Shown here: positions 39,296-50,632 of the stretch, one piece after another | Layout: each line of letters starts with the position of its first letter | Position numbering within the stretch: the stretch's first letter is position 1 | DNA from: Ostrea edulis | Taxonomy: Eukaryota | Direction of reading: 5' to 3' | Length of the DNA: 64,000 bases | Assembly (NCBI RefSeq): GCF_947568905.1 | Contig: NC_079166.1 | Span: forward strand, 78,058,001 to 78,122,000 | Made by a program: the position numbers and the translations under genes | The notes under the pieces: generated by a model | The model's input: only the letters and a program-made list of their open reading frames with translations | Database searches by the model: none | Told to the model about the DNA's origin: nothing

Positions 39296-42020
39296 TATAC
39301 ACATTCCACGAACTTCGCGGCAATGTTGAAATTATTTTTCAGAAGGTACATTTTCTGGTGTACATTTATTTGTAACATTTGTTTGAATTTATAGTAATAG
39401 AGAGCGCATAACTACTGTATATTTTATGATGGTTTATTTTATACGTTGGGAGTTTGGACTATTTCTTTTTACCATCGTCCAAATATGGATATCATTACCA
39501 AATATGGAAATCATTACCAAATATGAAAACAAGTCAATGTCAGGCGATTTTCAGCTGTTACATTTAGGTAACCTACAGTTCAATAACGTCTACATTTTAC
39601 GTACTTGAAAGCATTTATGTTGGTGGGTTTTTTTTTAAATACAGAATAATACAAATTATAAAATGTTTTTGAATAAATACTAATGATAATAAGAAACAAA
39701 GTTGACAATGCCTAATCCTCTCAGGAAAAGTCCGTAACTAACAACAATTCATTTTCTCCGACACTGGCCCTTATGCATCATTCACAATATTTACTCTGTT
39801 CTTAAATTACTAACTAAAACTAAAAATATGTAATTACCAACAGTTCATTTTCTGGCCCTTATGCATCATTCACAATATTTACTCAGCTCTCACTAACTAA
39901 AACTAAAAATATGTAATTACCAACAGTTCATTTTCTCCAATACTGGCACTAATGCATTATCCACAACATTCGCTCTGTTTTACTGACTGAAACTGGGGAT
40001 ATATAAATATTTATATCATTAATATCTTTTCAATTTTTTAAATAAGCACATACTGTGTATGAATACACTAGACTAATCACCAAGTATCACATGCAGGTAT
40101 TAGCATGGAACTATAAAGACAGTTTTTCAGTTTCTAAAAGTACCTCGTCTCTTCACACCGGCATGTTATCATCTCATATAAAATATAAATAACACTGTAT
40201 GAATGCAATCCCGGGTCATGGGGTTACGGCTACGCAATTCCACTGTTATGTCACAATATCGGGAATGGCCCGCTGACGTATCCCGGCGTCTCTAACAGAT
40301 CATCTTCCGCAAAGCAAGATCCTTATTGGTCTCAGGTGTATAAATAGAACGAATAAGGAATCATTCTACACAGTTATAGCATGGAGTCGGAGTTGGTCTA
40401 TCATAAAACCTATATTTAAGAAACTAGCGAATTAAACTATCTAGATTGTTTGTCTTACGGCAGATATGGAAACAATGGATGCATTGAGTAATTACGAGCG
40501 TTCTCTGTATGCACACCCGTCCCGTGTAATTACAACAGTAAATGTCAGATAAATCATTTAGTGCATGAATAATGCATTATCTCAACTAACATATTCACAG
40601 AATGAAGCTCCTTGTACCATACAAAAGACGTGTTTTAATGGACACAGTTCATGTGTAGATATGGTTTACTTCAAAATGTATACATATTGCAGTTTACACA
40701 GGTACAGGGTATCTATTTCACATTCGCTTCCCATGGAATAAGCGAATTCTTCAACATATTGTCGTAAGCTATGAGGTTCTTCGATAATTATATGCAGTAC
40801 ATAGATATGAATTTCTAATTATAATTAAACTTAATTATGCGAAAAATTTTAGAAAACTTTTAAAAGTCCTATACAGGAAATTCCATTTGTCTTGGAATTG
40901 TCTAGCGATTAATAAAAGAAAGTCCTATTATAAAAATAATTTAGAAAATTCACAGGTGATTTTCGTCAAATTTTGTAGATGATATAACATTCTTTAAGAA
41001 ACATGTCCTGTGGGATTTCATTGGAAATCCCAGGGGACTTTCAATTCTTCTGTAGTTCCATTACACACTGGTACCCTTTCTCTAAGCTGAGTGAAAATTT
41101 ATCTATTTACTCATCTATTTGTTTGTGTATTTCCCTGTCTGTTTTGTGACCGAAATAAAAGACGATATTTTTCTGTTTTGTTGAGTATTCTTTTGCTGTG
41201 TGTCTGTTACTATTAAACTTCAGACTTTTGGTCAGAGCAATGTAAGCATTGTACATATCGGATCTGTCCATCACCTTCAGCACAGTATACCTTACCTATA
41301 AAGATACCTTACGATTCTCAAACTTTCTAAATGACTTCATAAATGCGATGTATTCTACAAAGTTTATTCTAAATTTTGATACTACCGATCATTCAAAAAC
41401 TGGTTCACCGACAATATGGTAATCTAAATTCATAATCTATAATTAGGTAATCTAATAGTGTCTACTTAAAATAAAGGCATTGAATGTCGTTCTCAGAACT
41501 GATCTCGTCGATGGGAATTATTGCCCTCGTTGTACTTCAGATGATTAGCGTCGGTCGTGTGAGGACATGGGCTGTTCAAGTGTCTAGTGTTTAAACAATC
41601 CCGCCGACGCGCTGCTCACTCTGACAAAACATCGGCGGTTCTTACTCCCGACAACACCGTCTGAAAATCCATACCGCGACACTCCGTGTTACGGTGACAT
41701 AGAAATTTCATTGTCTTCATTGATTACGCTCTTAGCCTGGTTTTGCTTTTCACTAGTAATAATTATTTACTTATTTTATTTCTTCCTCCAAAGACAAATT
41801 TGAATATTGCCGTAATAGAAGAAAAACAAATAATTAGTGCGAGTTAAGGACGTCGCTGACGTCAAACGACTGCCAATTTTGCAATACCATAATTTAACAA
41901 TCTTGAGCAGGTTAAAAGATGAAAGCTTATGTCTGCGAAATACTAAATGAATCCTTATGAATATTTGGTGTTACTGTACATTTCTTCAAATATTTCAATA
42001 CAACTACATACGTCAGAGAA

Positions 42021-42023
<3 letters not shown>

Positions 42024-42104
<81 letters not shown>
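42024..42104. repeat. (CT)n microsatellite
   Basis: Direct. Confidence 0.95.
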
Positions 42105-42141
42105 ACAGAAAATTCCTTATATTTTTTTGATAACCACTTCT

Positions 42142-42390
42142 GGCCTCCGTGACCGAGTGGTTACAGCATCGTGCTCAAAATCATGCGGCCTCTCACCTCT
42201 GTCGGCACGGGTTCGAATCCAGCTCGCGTCGGTAAGTGAGAAAGTTTCCCAGTGTACTTTCGGAAGGTCGGTGGTCTATTCTCAGGTACATTGTATCTGG
42301 GCTCTCTCTTCCACCAATAACAACTGGGCGCCACCAGATAACTGAAAAATGATGAGTGTGGCGGAAAACATCAACCAGTCAATCAATCAA
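42142..42390 (+). mobile_element. Apparently full-length tRNA-derived SINE2
   Basis: A box TGACCGAGTGG, B box GGTTCGAATCC, 3' end ataactgaaaaat..tgagtgtggcggaaaac and a (TCAA)n tail. Confidence 0.88.
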
Positions 42391-42394
42391 CTTC

Positions 42395-42487
42395 CACCCC
42401 TGATCGGGGTTGAACTCACGACCTGCGGAACAAAATCTCCTAGAACTGTGTGAGCAGTGCGCTAGACCGCTGGACCATCTAGACAAG
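42395..42487 (-). mobile_element. tRNA-derived SINE head (same family as 18437-18518)
   Basis: Reverse complement tggtccagcggtctagcgcactg...gcaggtcgtgagttcaacccc. Confidence 0.6.
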
Positions 42488-42744
42488 CCTAACTTGCTTT
42501 CGATGACGATGAAATTCTCGCTAACCTATCACATGCTACACGGTTATTGAGATAGGAATGGGATACAGTTACTTAACGTACATGTAAATATAAGAGGATC
42601 ATACAAGATACAAAATGCATTTGAAATATTTTCTTATAAAACACAAATATTGCAATGAACTCTTAAATGAACATAACTGTCCTAAGTGAAGAAATATTTG
42701 ACAGAAAGTACAAAAAATTCTTTATACTTTTGGATACCCACTCA

Positions 42745-43500
42745 AAGCTGTCAGTCTGTGTGCACCACACCACCACTCAACACTGTCAGTCTGTGTGCAC
42801 CATACCACCAATCAACACTGTCAGTCTGTGTGCACCACACCACCGCTCAACACGACCATTCTATTTGTACCACTTAATACTGCCAGTCTGTCTGCACCAC
42901 ACCACCACTCAACACGACCATTCTATTTGTACCACTTAATACTGCCAGTCTGGGTGCACCACACCACCACTCAACATTGCCAGTCTGTTTGCATCACTTG
43001 ATATTGCCAGTCTGCTTGTAACAGCAGTACACACACCATTGCAAACTCGCCCTACAACTCTGCAGTCTATCAGCATCATATTGTCATACAACATTACAAT
43101 CCAGACCGAACCACATCTTCACATGACACTGTCAGTCTGTTTGCAGTCAAATACTGCCAATAAAGCTTAAACACACCGCCATGGACACTTCAGCATCGGC
43201 ACCACCACACTATCAATCTGTTCGCAGTGTATCTTCACACACAACTTCGAGTATAATAGCAAAATATAACCACGGAACAGAATATACAGTCTGTACAAAT
43301 CACACCACCAAACAACATATCCATGCTGTCCAAATCACACCACCACACAACATATCCAGGCTGTCCAAATCACACCACCACACAACATATCCAGGCTGTC
43401 CAAAGCACACCATCAAACAATATATCCAGGCTGTCCAAATCACATAACCACACATCATATCCAGGCTGTCCAAACTACATCGCCACACAAGATATCCACA
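42745..43500. repeat. Two degenerate CA-rich tandem repeats of about 35 bp (42745-43000 and 43290-43500)
   Basis: caccacaccaccactcaacactgtcagtctgtgtg and aaatcacaccaccacacaacatatccaggctgtcc. Confidence 0.85.
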
Positions 43501-44314
43501 GTATCCAAACCACAACGCTGCACAAGATATCCAGATTGTCCAGACCACATAAAGTATCGAGACTGTTCAAACCACATCACCAACTACATATCCAGATCAC
43601 ACTAGATTGTCACACAACACTGGCAGCCTATCTGCACCTCATCTTCACATAACCCTTACAGTTTGTCAGTAGCACGTTGTAGAATTTCTTAACTCTTTCG
43701 GTTCTGTCGGCTGGTCTGATTCATTATGATTAGATGTCAGTCTAAAGGCCCTGTCACACTATGATGTTCCCATCAGCGTTCGAGTAACGTGTTGAGAAAC
43801 GCAGAGGAACGTCGAGAACGTTAGAAACAATATACAAGAAAGTTAGACGAGCGTCGGCAAACGCTGGGGAACGTCGAGGGACGTCGGCAAACGCTGAGGG
43901 TGAAATTTATTTACATTTTTTGTCCACAAAAATTAACGACGTTCTATCAAAACGCTACATACGCGTTAGAGAAACATTACACGGAAGTTGGCGGGCATTA
44001 TTGGAACGTTACTCGAAAGTCAGGACGTTCCCTGCACGCTAGGCGGACGCCGCCCATCAGGGTCGAGTGCCCGGCGCGTGGCAAACGCTTGGGTGACGCT
44101 TGCATAACGCCTGTGTAACGTCCGTCGAACGTCTGTCCAGCGTGTCGCCAACGTTTTGCAACGTTCGAGAGTATTCGCCGAGCGTTCTTAACGCTCATGT
44201 AACGCTCTTTCAACGTCTGTCAGCGTTCTGAATTTTTGAAGCGTCTGTGTAACGTCCTTGTAACGCGACTGTAACCTACTGGTAGCGTTCAGAAGGGTTT
44301 GGCAGCCACTTGTC

Positions 44315-44324
44315 ATATATAAAG
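44315..44324 (+). promoter_or_regulatory. Candidate TATA box of the transposase gene
   Basis: TATATAAA about 60 bp upstream of the ATG at 44380. Confidence 0.35.
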
Positions 44325-44379
44325 AGGCTTGCAGAGGCCACCGCCCTGTTGGAACTTTCACAGAGTGAAGACCTCAAGA

Positions 44380-45668
44380 ATGACAGACCACGAACACCAA
44401 TATGCTGTTGCTCCTCTCATGCATTACAACGACCTCCTGCAGTTGGCATTGCACTAGGTCATTATGCCCAAGGAAGAGTCCAAGAAGAAAGGGAAGTTGA
44501 AAAAGAGAGAGAAAGACCTCGGTGAGACCCTGGATGGCAAGGCGACCACAGTTTGGTGTTTATGACAAACTGATGGCTGAACTCAGAGCCGAAGACCAAG
44601 CCTCCTTCCACAACTTCCTCCGCATGCCAACAGATATGTTTGTTGAGCTGAGACAGAGAGTTGGACCCAGGATCACTAAGAAGGACACTCGCTTTAGACC
44701 GGCCCTCGACCTTGATATAAAGCTGGCCCTGACTTTGCGACATCTTGTCTCTGGTGACAGCTATGTCTCACAGAAGTTTGGCTGGAGAGTACCTTACAAC
44801 ACACAGTCACTAGTGGTCAGAGAGGTTTGTCATGCCATACTGGACGAGTACCTGGATAAGATGCTGACCTGCCCCAGTACGCCAGCAGAGTGGAAGAGAG
44901 TTGCTGACAGATTCTATCAGAGTGGAACTTCCCCCATGTCCTGGAAGCACTAGATGGCAAGCATGTGGCCATTATGTGTCTTGCACACAGTGGCGCTTTG
45001 TACTACAACTACAAGGGGTTCTATTCCATCGTTTTGCTGGCCCTTGTATATGCTTACTACAAGTTCCTTTGAGCAGATCTTGAAGGTCTGGGATCAACAT
45101 CTGATTCCCAGATCTACAACTCCAGTGAGCTGAAACATGGAGCTGAAGAAGACCTACTTGGGTTTCCACAGCCTACACATCTCCCACAAGACACTACAGA
45201 TGTTCCATACTTCTTCATTGGAGATGACACCTTTGCCCAGAGAGCCTACATGATGAAGCCCTACAGTCTACGTGGTCTATCACAGGAGGAGCGCATCTTC
45301 AACTACAGGCTATCGAGAGCCAAGAGAATCGTGGAAAATGCCTTTGGGATCCTTGGCAACAGATTCCGGTTGATTCTGGGCATTATGCAGCACAAGCCAG
45401 AGACTGTGAAGCTGATAGTGAAGACCTGCTTGGTCCTTCACAACCTGATGAGGGGCAGGTATCCAACGCTGCAGAACCAACAGCTGGACCAGCCAGAAGG
45501 TCCAGAAGAAAACTTTGTGCCTGGAGAGATGGCTTGAATCTGGAAGACACACAGGGTGTTGTAATCCTCAACACTGTGACCAAGGAAGCCAAGAAGCAGA
45601 GGAACCTTATCAAGCACTGGGTAAACTCCTCAGCTGGGGCACTGGACTGGCAGGACAGGATGGTGTAG
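44380..45668 (+). pseudogene. Harbinger (HARBI1-like, DDE_Tnp_4) transposase pseudogene
   Basis: VRPW..RR, LRM...F.EL, LALTLRHL.SG, WNFP, ALDGKHVAI, YYNYKGFYSIVLLAL, FFIGDD, MKPYS, FNYRLSRAKRIVENAFGIL, LHN. Frameshifts and premature stops are present (e.g. FL*AD near 45069). Confidence 0.93.
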
Positions 45669-46518
45669 ACCTGGACCCTGGTGTTGCAGTGAAGAATGAA
45701 CTTAATATAGACTTTACTTTTTGGTAGACAAAATTTTTAGAAACTGAAATATTGTATGTGTAATTTACAATGACTTATTTGTAGATAACAATAATAATAA
45801 ATGTAATATTGTGTGTGTGTTTGTGTGTGTCATTTCAAAGTAGTTATTTGTATAAAACATTATTAATGAATGTCTTATTGTTTCTGTGAAATCGAAAAAC
45901 ATGTTTGCCTTTCACTTTATTCATTTTGGCATGGACTTTTGTCCTTTAATTTTAACCCAACCCCCCCCCCCCCAATTTGAATTATTGTAACCGTATATGT
46001 GTATACCTGAATATGCGTATGCATGTTTAATGTTAGGCAAATACTGGTATATATATCATTCTTGCATAGTAATTCATGGTTGCATGAAATATACATTTAA
46101 ATCAATTAATATGGTTTTTTTTATTCTTCTCACTTTTTTTTTAAATACACAGTCATTATTTTATTTGCAATCTTTTTAAATAAAGAATTAGACAAAAGAA
46201 GTATTTTTACATTATTCAGGCAATATTTTATTTTGTAACAATGTTTAATACAAATAAGTATCATTACCATATGGAAAATATTACATTTATTAATACTGTT
46301 TTATACAAATAATTACATGTACTTTGAAATGACATTTATCAATACTGTTATCTACAAATACGTAATACAGACCTTGAAAGTTCCCTACAAGTAGCAATCA
46401 AAGTTCAAAATAGGTACAACATAATTATAATTACGAAGTCCTAACAAAATGTTCTAAGAGTCAGTCTCTGGGTTCACTGGTGGCTGTGGAGGGTTCAACG
46501 TGCCATCCAGAGAGGTGG

Positions 46519-47530
46519 TCACTGGAACTGGACTGTCCAGGTTGCTGACCAAGTCGGTGAAACTGGCTGCTGAAGACACTGTGGTGGGAACACGGTAACA
46601 ACAATGGCTGCACAAGTGACAACCGGGGCTGGAGAGCTGCTGCCTTGCTTGATCTGGTCTATGGCGTGTATTGCACTACTGATGGCCGTAGAGACGAAGG
46701 CATGGGTTGTGGCTGGTGCTGTCAGCGTATGGAAGACGGGAGAGTTCCTACTCTGTTGCTGCAAGGACCGTGGTGGCTGGTAGGAGAAGTGTGGCTGCTG
46801 CAATGACGTCTGAGACTGTTGGAAGCACGAGTGAGGCTGCTTCTGGTGGTGGTATCTGGCCGTCCACTCCCTGTTCTGTGACTGCCAAGGAGTGCCAGTG
46901 GGCGGGTTCTTATGCCACTGTCTAGGGTCCGGCAGAAACATGTCGCTCTGGGCTTGGCTGGTGCTTGTGATGCCAAAAGGGGGCGGACCGACATTTAGCA
47001 GAGAAGGTAGGCAGGTCCTCCTCTTCCTCTTCAATGTTTTCATCCATCAGCCGCGTGAGAATATTGTTGATGCTGGCCCTGGCCTTCTTGAACTTCAGCC
47101 TTGAGATGGTGAGAAGACAGTCCCTCACGTAGTTGGCAAATGTCGATTCAGGGGTGATTGCTGGAGGCTGGACCAAACCGTTGAGTATAGCCTCTGACTC
47201 CTTCACATTCTCCTGCAGGGTATCCATCACGTCATCCTGGGTGATGGTATCCTCCTCCTGTCCAGATCCTCTGGGTCTCTTGAAACTGATGCTGCTGCTG
47301 GAGGCTGCTGTGGTAGGTTTGGAAGGTCTGGCAGTAGACTCCGTGAAGGAAGGTCCATGTACCGGTAACTCCTCCTCCTGGACAGTTGCTGCAGATGAGG
47401 CTCTGCTGGGTAGGATGGGCTTGGCTGGCTCCAGTCTGTGTCGCACTTCCTCCTGCAGGAATTGGAGTTACTGAGCACCCACTCGTCCCTCCCTGTTCTT
47501 CTTGGGGCACCGTCGCCTCTCTTTTCGCCC
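46519..47530 (-). pseudogene. Remnant of the Harbinger Myb/SANT (MADF-type) partner gene; N-terminal DNA-binding domain missing
   Basis: GDGAP....RDEWVL linker; S/T-rich spacer; helical ESTFANYVRDCLLTI..LKFKKARASINNIL block; Q/P-rich tail; tail-to-tail with the transposase as expected for Harbingers. Confidence 0.65.
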
Positions 47531-47921
47531 TGGGATGCGAACATGCACGTGCGTCGTTGTATTTTCATGCATTAAAAGAGGCACTCGACCCCCGGCTCTA
47601 GGTTTTTCTTTTTTATATTACAGATATATATATCCTCCCTTTCTAGGTATACAGATATACCCTGTCTGAGGACTTGAAACCAGCCCCCCCCCCCCCCCCC
47701 GCGTTCATGTCTTCATATCTTGTAGTTGCGGTTAGTTTAGCACGGCATGCACATACAATGTGAAGAAACAACATGCAGCTTTACTCACTATGACAGACAT
47801 TGTACTTCTGTTTATGGAAAGATGTAACTGTAAGCTTGCCATCAAATGAACATGAATAGTTTGATTATTCATAGGATTTTAAATGGATTTCAGTGTATCG
47901 TTACCACTGATAAACAAAGGA

Positions 47922-49212
47922 GTGGTGGGAGATTGGAGGTCTGGTACACGTGTGGTGGGAGATTGGAGGTCTGGTATACGTGTGGTGGGAGATTGGAGGT
48001 CTGGTATACGTGTGGTGGGAGATTGGAGGTCTGGTATACGTGTGGTGGGAGATTGGAGGTCTGGTACACGTGTGGTGGGAGATTGGAGGTCTGGTACACG
48101 TGTGGTGGGAGATTGGAGGTCTGGTATACGTGTGGTGGGAGATTGGAGGTCTGGTACACGTGTGGTGGGAGATTGGAGGTCTGGTACACGTGTGGTGGGA
48201 GATTGGAGGTCTGGTATACGTGTGGTGGGAGATTGGAGGTCTGGTATACGTGTGGTGGGAGATTGGAGGTCTGGTACACGTGTGGTGGGAGATTGGAGGT
48301 CTGGTATACGTGTGGTGGGAGATTGGAGGTCTGGTACACGTGTGGTGGGAGATTGGAGGTCTGGTACACGTGTGGTGGGAGATTGGAGGTCTGGTACACG
48401 TGTGGTGGGAGATTGGAGGTCTGGTATACGTGTGGTGGGAGATTGGAGGTCTGGTACACGTGTGGTGGGAGATTGGAGGTCTGGTATACGTGTGGTGGGA
48501 GATTGGAGGTCTGGTACACGTGTGGTGGGAGATTGGAGGTCTGGTACACGTGTGGTGGGAGATTGGAGGTCTGGTATACGTGTGGTGGGAGATTGGAGGT
48601 CTGGTATACGTGTGGTGGGAGATTGGAGGTCTGGTATACGTGTGGTGGGAGATTGGAGGTCTGGTACACGTGTGGTGGGAGATTGGAGGTCTGGTACACG
48701 TGTGGTGGGAGATTGGAGGTCTGGTATACGTGTGGTGGGAGATTGGAGGTCTGGTATACGTGTGGTGGGAGATTGGAGGTCTGGTATACGTGTGGTGGGA
48801 GATTGGAGGTCTGGTATACGTGTGGTGGGAGATTGGAGGTCTGGTATACGTGTGGTGGGAGATTGGAGGTCTGGTACACGTGTGGTGGGAGATTGGAGGT
48901 CTGGTACACGTGTGGTGGGAGATTGGAGGTCTGGTATACGTGTGGTGGGAGATTGGAGGTCTGGTACACGTGTGGTGGGAGATTGGAGGTCTGGTACACG
49001 TGTGGTGGGAGATTGGAGGTCTGGTACACGTGTGGTGGGAGATTGGAGGTCTGGTACACGTGTGGTGGGAGATTGGAGGTCTGGTATACGTGTGGTGGGA
49101 GATTGGAGGTCTGGTATACGTGTGGTGGGAGATTGGAGGTCTGGTATACGTGTGGTGGGAGATTGGAGGTCTGGTATACGTGTGGTGGGAGATTGGAGGT
49201 CTGGTATACGTG
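47922..49212. repeat. 30-bp G-rich minisatellite (gtggtgggagattggaggtctggtaYacgt), 43 copies, one variable site
   Basis: Units are identical except for one C/T position. Confidence 0.98.
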
Positions 49213-49742
49213 AAACTTGAATCAATAATTGTATATACTGAAATATTTAATCATTGAGTCCAAGATTAATAGGATTCTGTGCAAAGTGATATAGTTCTGA
49301 TTTACTCTATGCAGAATATGTCAACACTACATGGGATTAATACATAAACTTTAAGGACATTATTACCCTGACACATGGCCTTGACATCATTTAGTGTGTG
49401 TGTGTGTGGGGGGGGGGGTCATTGACAGGGATTTATGAAGATTGGCACTGGTCGGCAACATATCAGTGGTGAATAGTAGTGGAAATTGTGAATTCCACTT
49501 GTAAACCTGAAGATCAATCCAGTGAATTATATTTAAAGCTGTGACCCTCCCCTACTTTGAGCAGAAATATTCCCTTTAAATTCTTTATCTATTTTTTATG
49601 GGTTTTTTTTAAAAAAAATTTTGGGGGGGGGGGGTCCCGCTTGTCAAAAATTAGAAATGGCCATGTCGAGCTGCAGTATTGAGGGAATCTTTGAAATCCG
49701 AAGGTGTCCGCATAGGGTCGACCTTAAAGACCTCTTTCGGCC

Positions 49743-50002
49743 AAAACCATCTGGTAACCGATCACCTAGCGCAAAACCTCTGGTAACCGATCACCTAGCA
49801 CAAAACCTCTGGTAACCGATCACCTAACGCAAAACCTCTGATAACCGATCACCTAGCGCAAAACCTCTGGTAACTGATCACCTAGCGCAAAACCTCTAGT
49901 AACCGATCACCTAGCACAAAACCTCTGGTAACCGATCACCTAGCCCAAAACCTCTGGTAACCGATCACCTAGCACAAAACCTCTGGTAACCGATCACCTA
50001 GC
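49743..50002. repeat. 29-bp tandem repeat x9 (aaaacctctggtaaccgatcacctagcgc)
   Basis: Direct periodicity. Confidence 0.93.
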
Positions 50003-50212
50003 ATAGGTATTTTGCAAAATTAATATATCTACGAGGATTCATAAAATCTTGCATTAAAATCAAAAGTATTTCCAACATTGAATATAAGGTCTACCAAAAA
50101 AAAAACAATGTGCGTCCCTCTTATATGTTATATACAGATTGACTGTGTTCCGCCGATATTTGGTTACAATATGCATGTCTAACATATACCCATCAATGTT
50201 TCGTTTTTTGAT

Positions 50213-50632
50213 ACTGTGGATTTCACAGAGTGTGATTCGGTTTTGCGGATTACTACACTCATGACACTGTGGTTTTCACAGAGTGTGATTCGGTTTTCCG
50301 GATTACTACACTCATGACACTATGGATTTCACAGAGTGTGATTCGGTTTTGCGGATTACTACACTCATGACACTGTGGTTTTCACAGAGTGTGATTCGGT
50401 TTTCCGGATTACTACACTCATGACACTGTGGATTTCACAGAGTGTGATTCGGTTTTCCGGATTACTACACTCATGACACTGTGGATTTCACAGAGTGTGA
50501 TTCGGTTTTACGGATTACTACACTCATGACACTGTGGATTTCACAGAGTGTGATTCGGTTTTGTGGATTACTACACTCATGACACTGTGATTCGGTTTTA
50601 CGGATTACTACACTCATGACACTGTGGTTTTC
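50213..50632. repeat. 53-bp tandem repeat x8
   Basis: actgtggatttcacagagtgtgattcggttttgcggattactacactcatgac. Confidence 0.93.

Larger units (their letters stand above)
43746..47560 (+). mobile_element. Decayed autonomous-type PIF/Harbinger transposon lacking its right end
   Basis: TAA|AGGCCCTGTCACACT left terminus; AACGT-rich subterminal region; DDE transposase on +; convergent partner ORF on -; no right TIR found by eye. Confidence 0.88.

Noticed and set aside
42142-42230. tRNA genes at tRNA-like segments (also 11788, 18437, 32745)
   Set aside because: No intact cloverleaf, and they continue into SINE bodies or are degenerate, so they are treated as SINE heads
47846-49257. Five overlapping ORFs of about 390-455 aa as genes
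   Set aside because: Products of a 30-bp unit without stops; not annotated as CDS. One frame is kept only as a hypothesis under findings.
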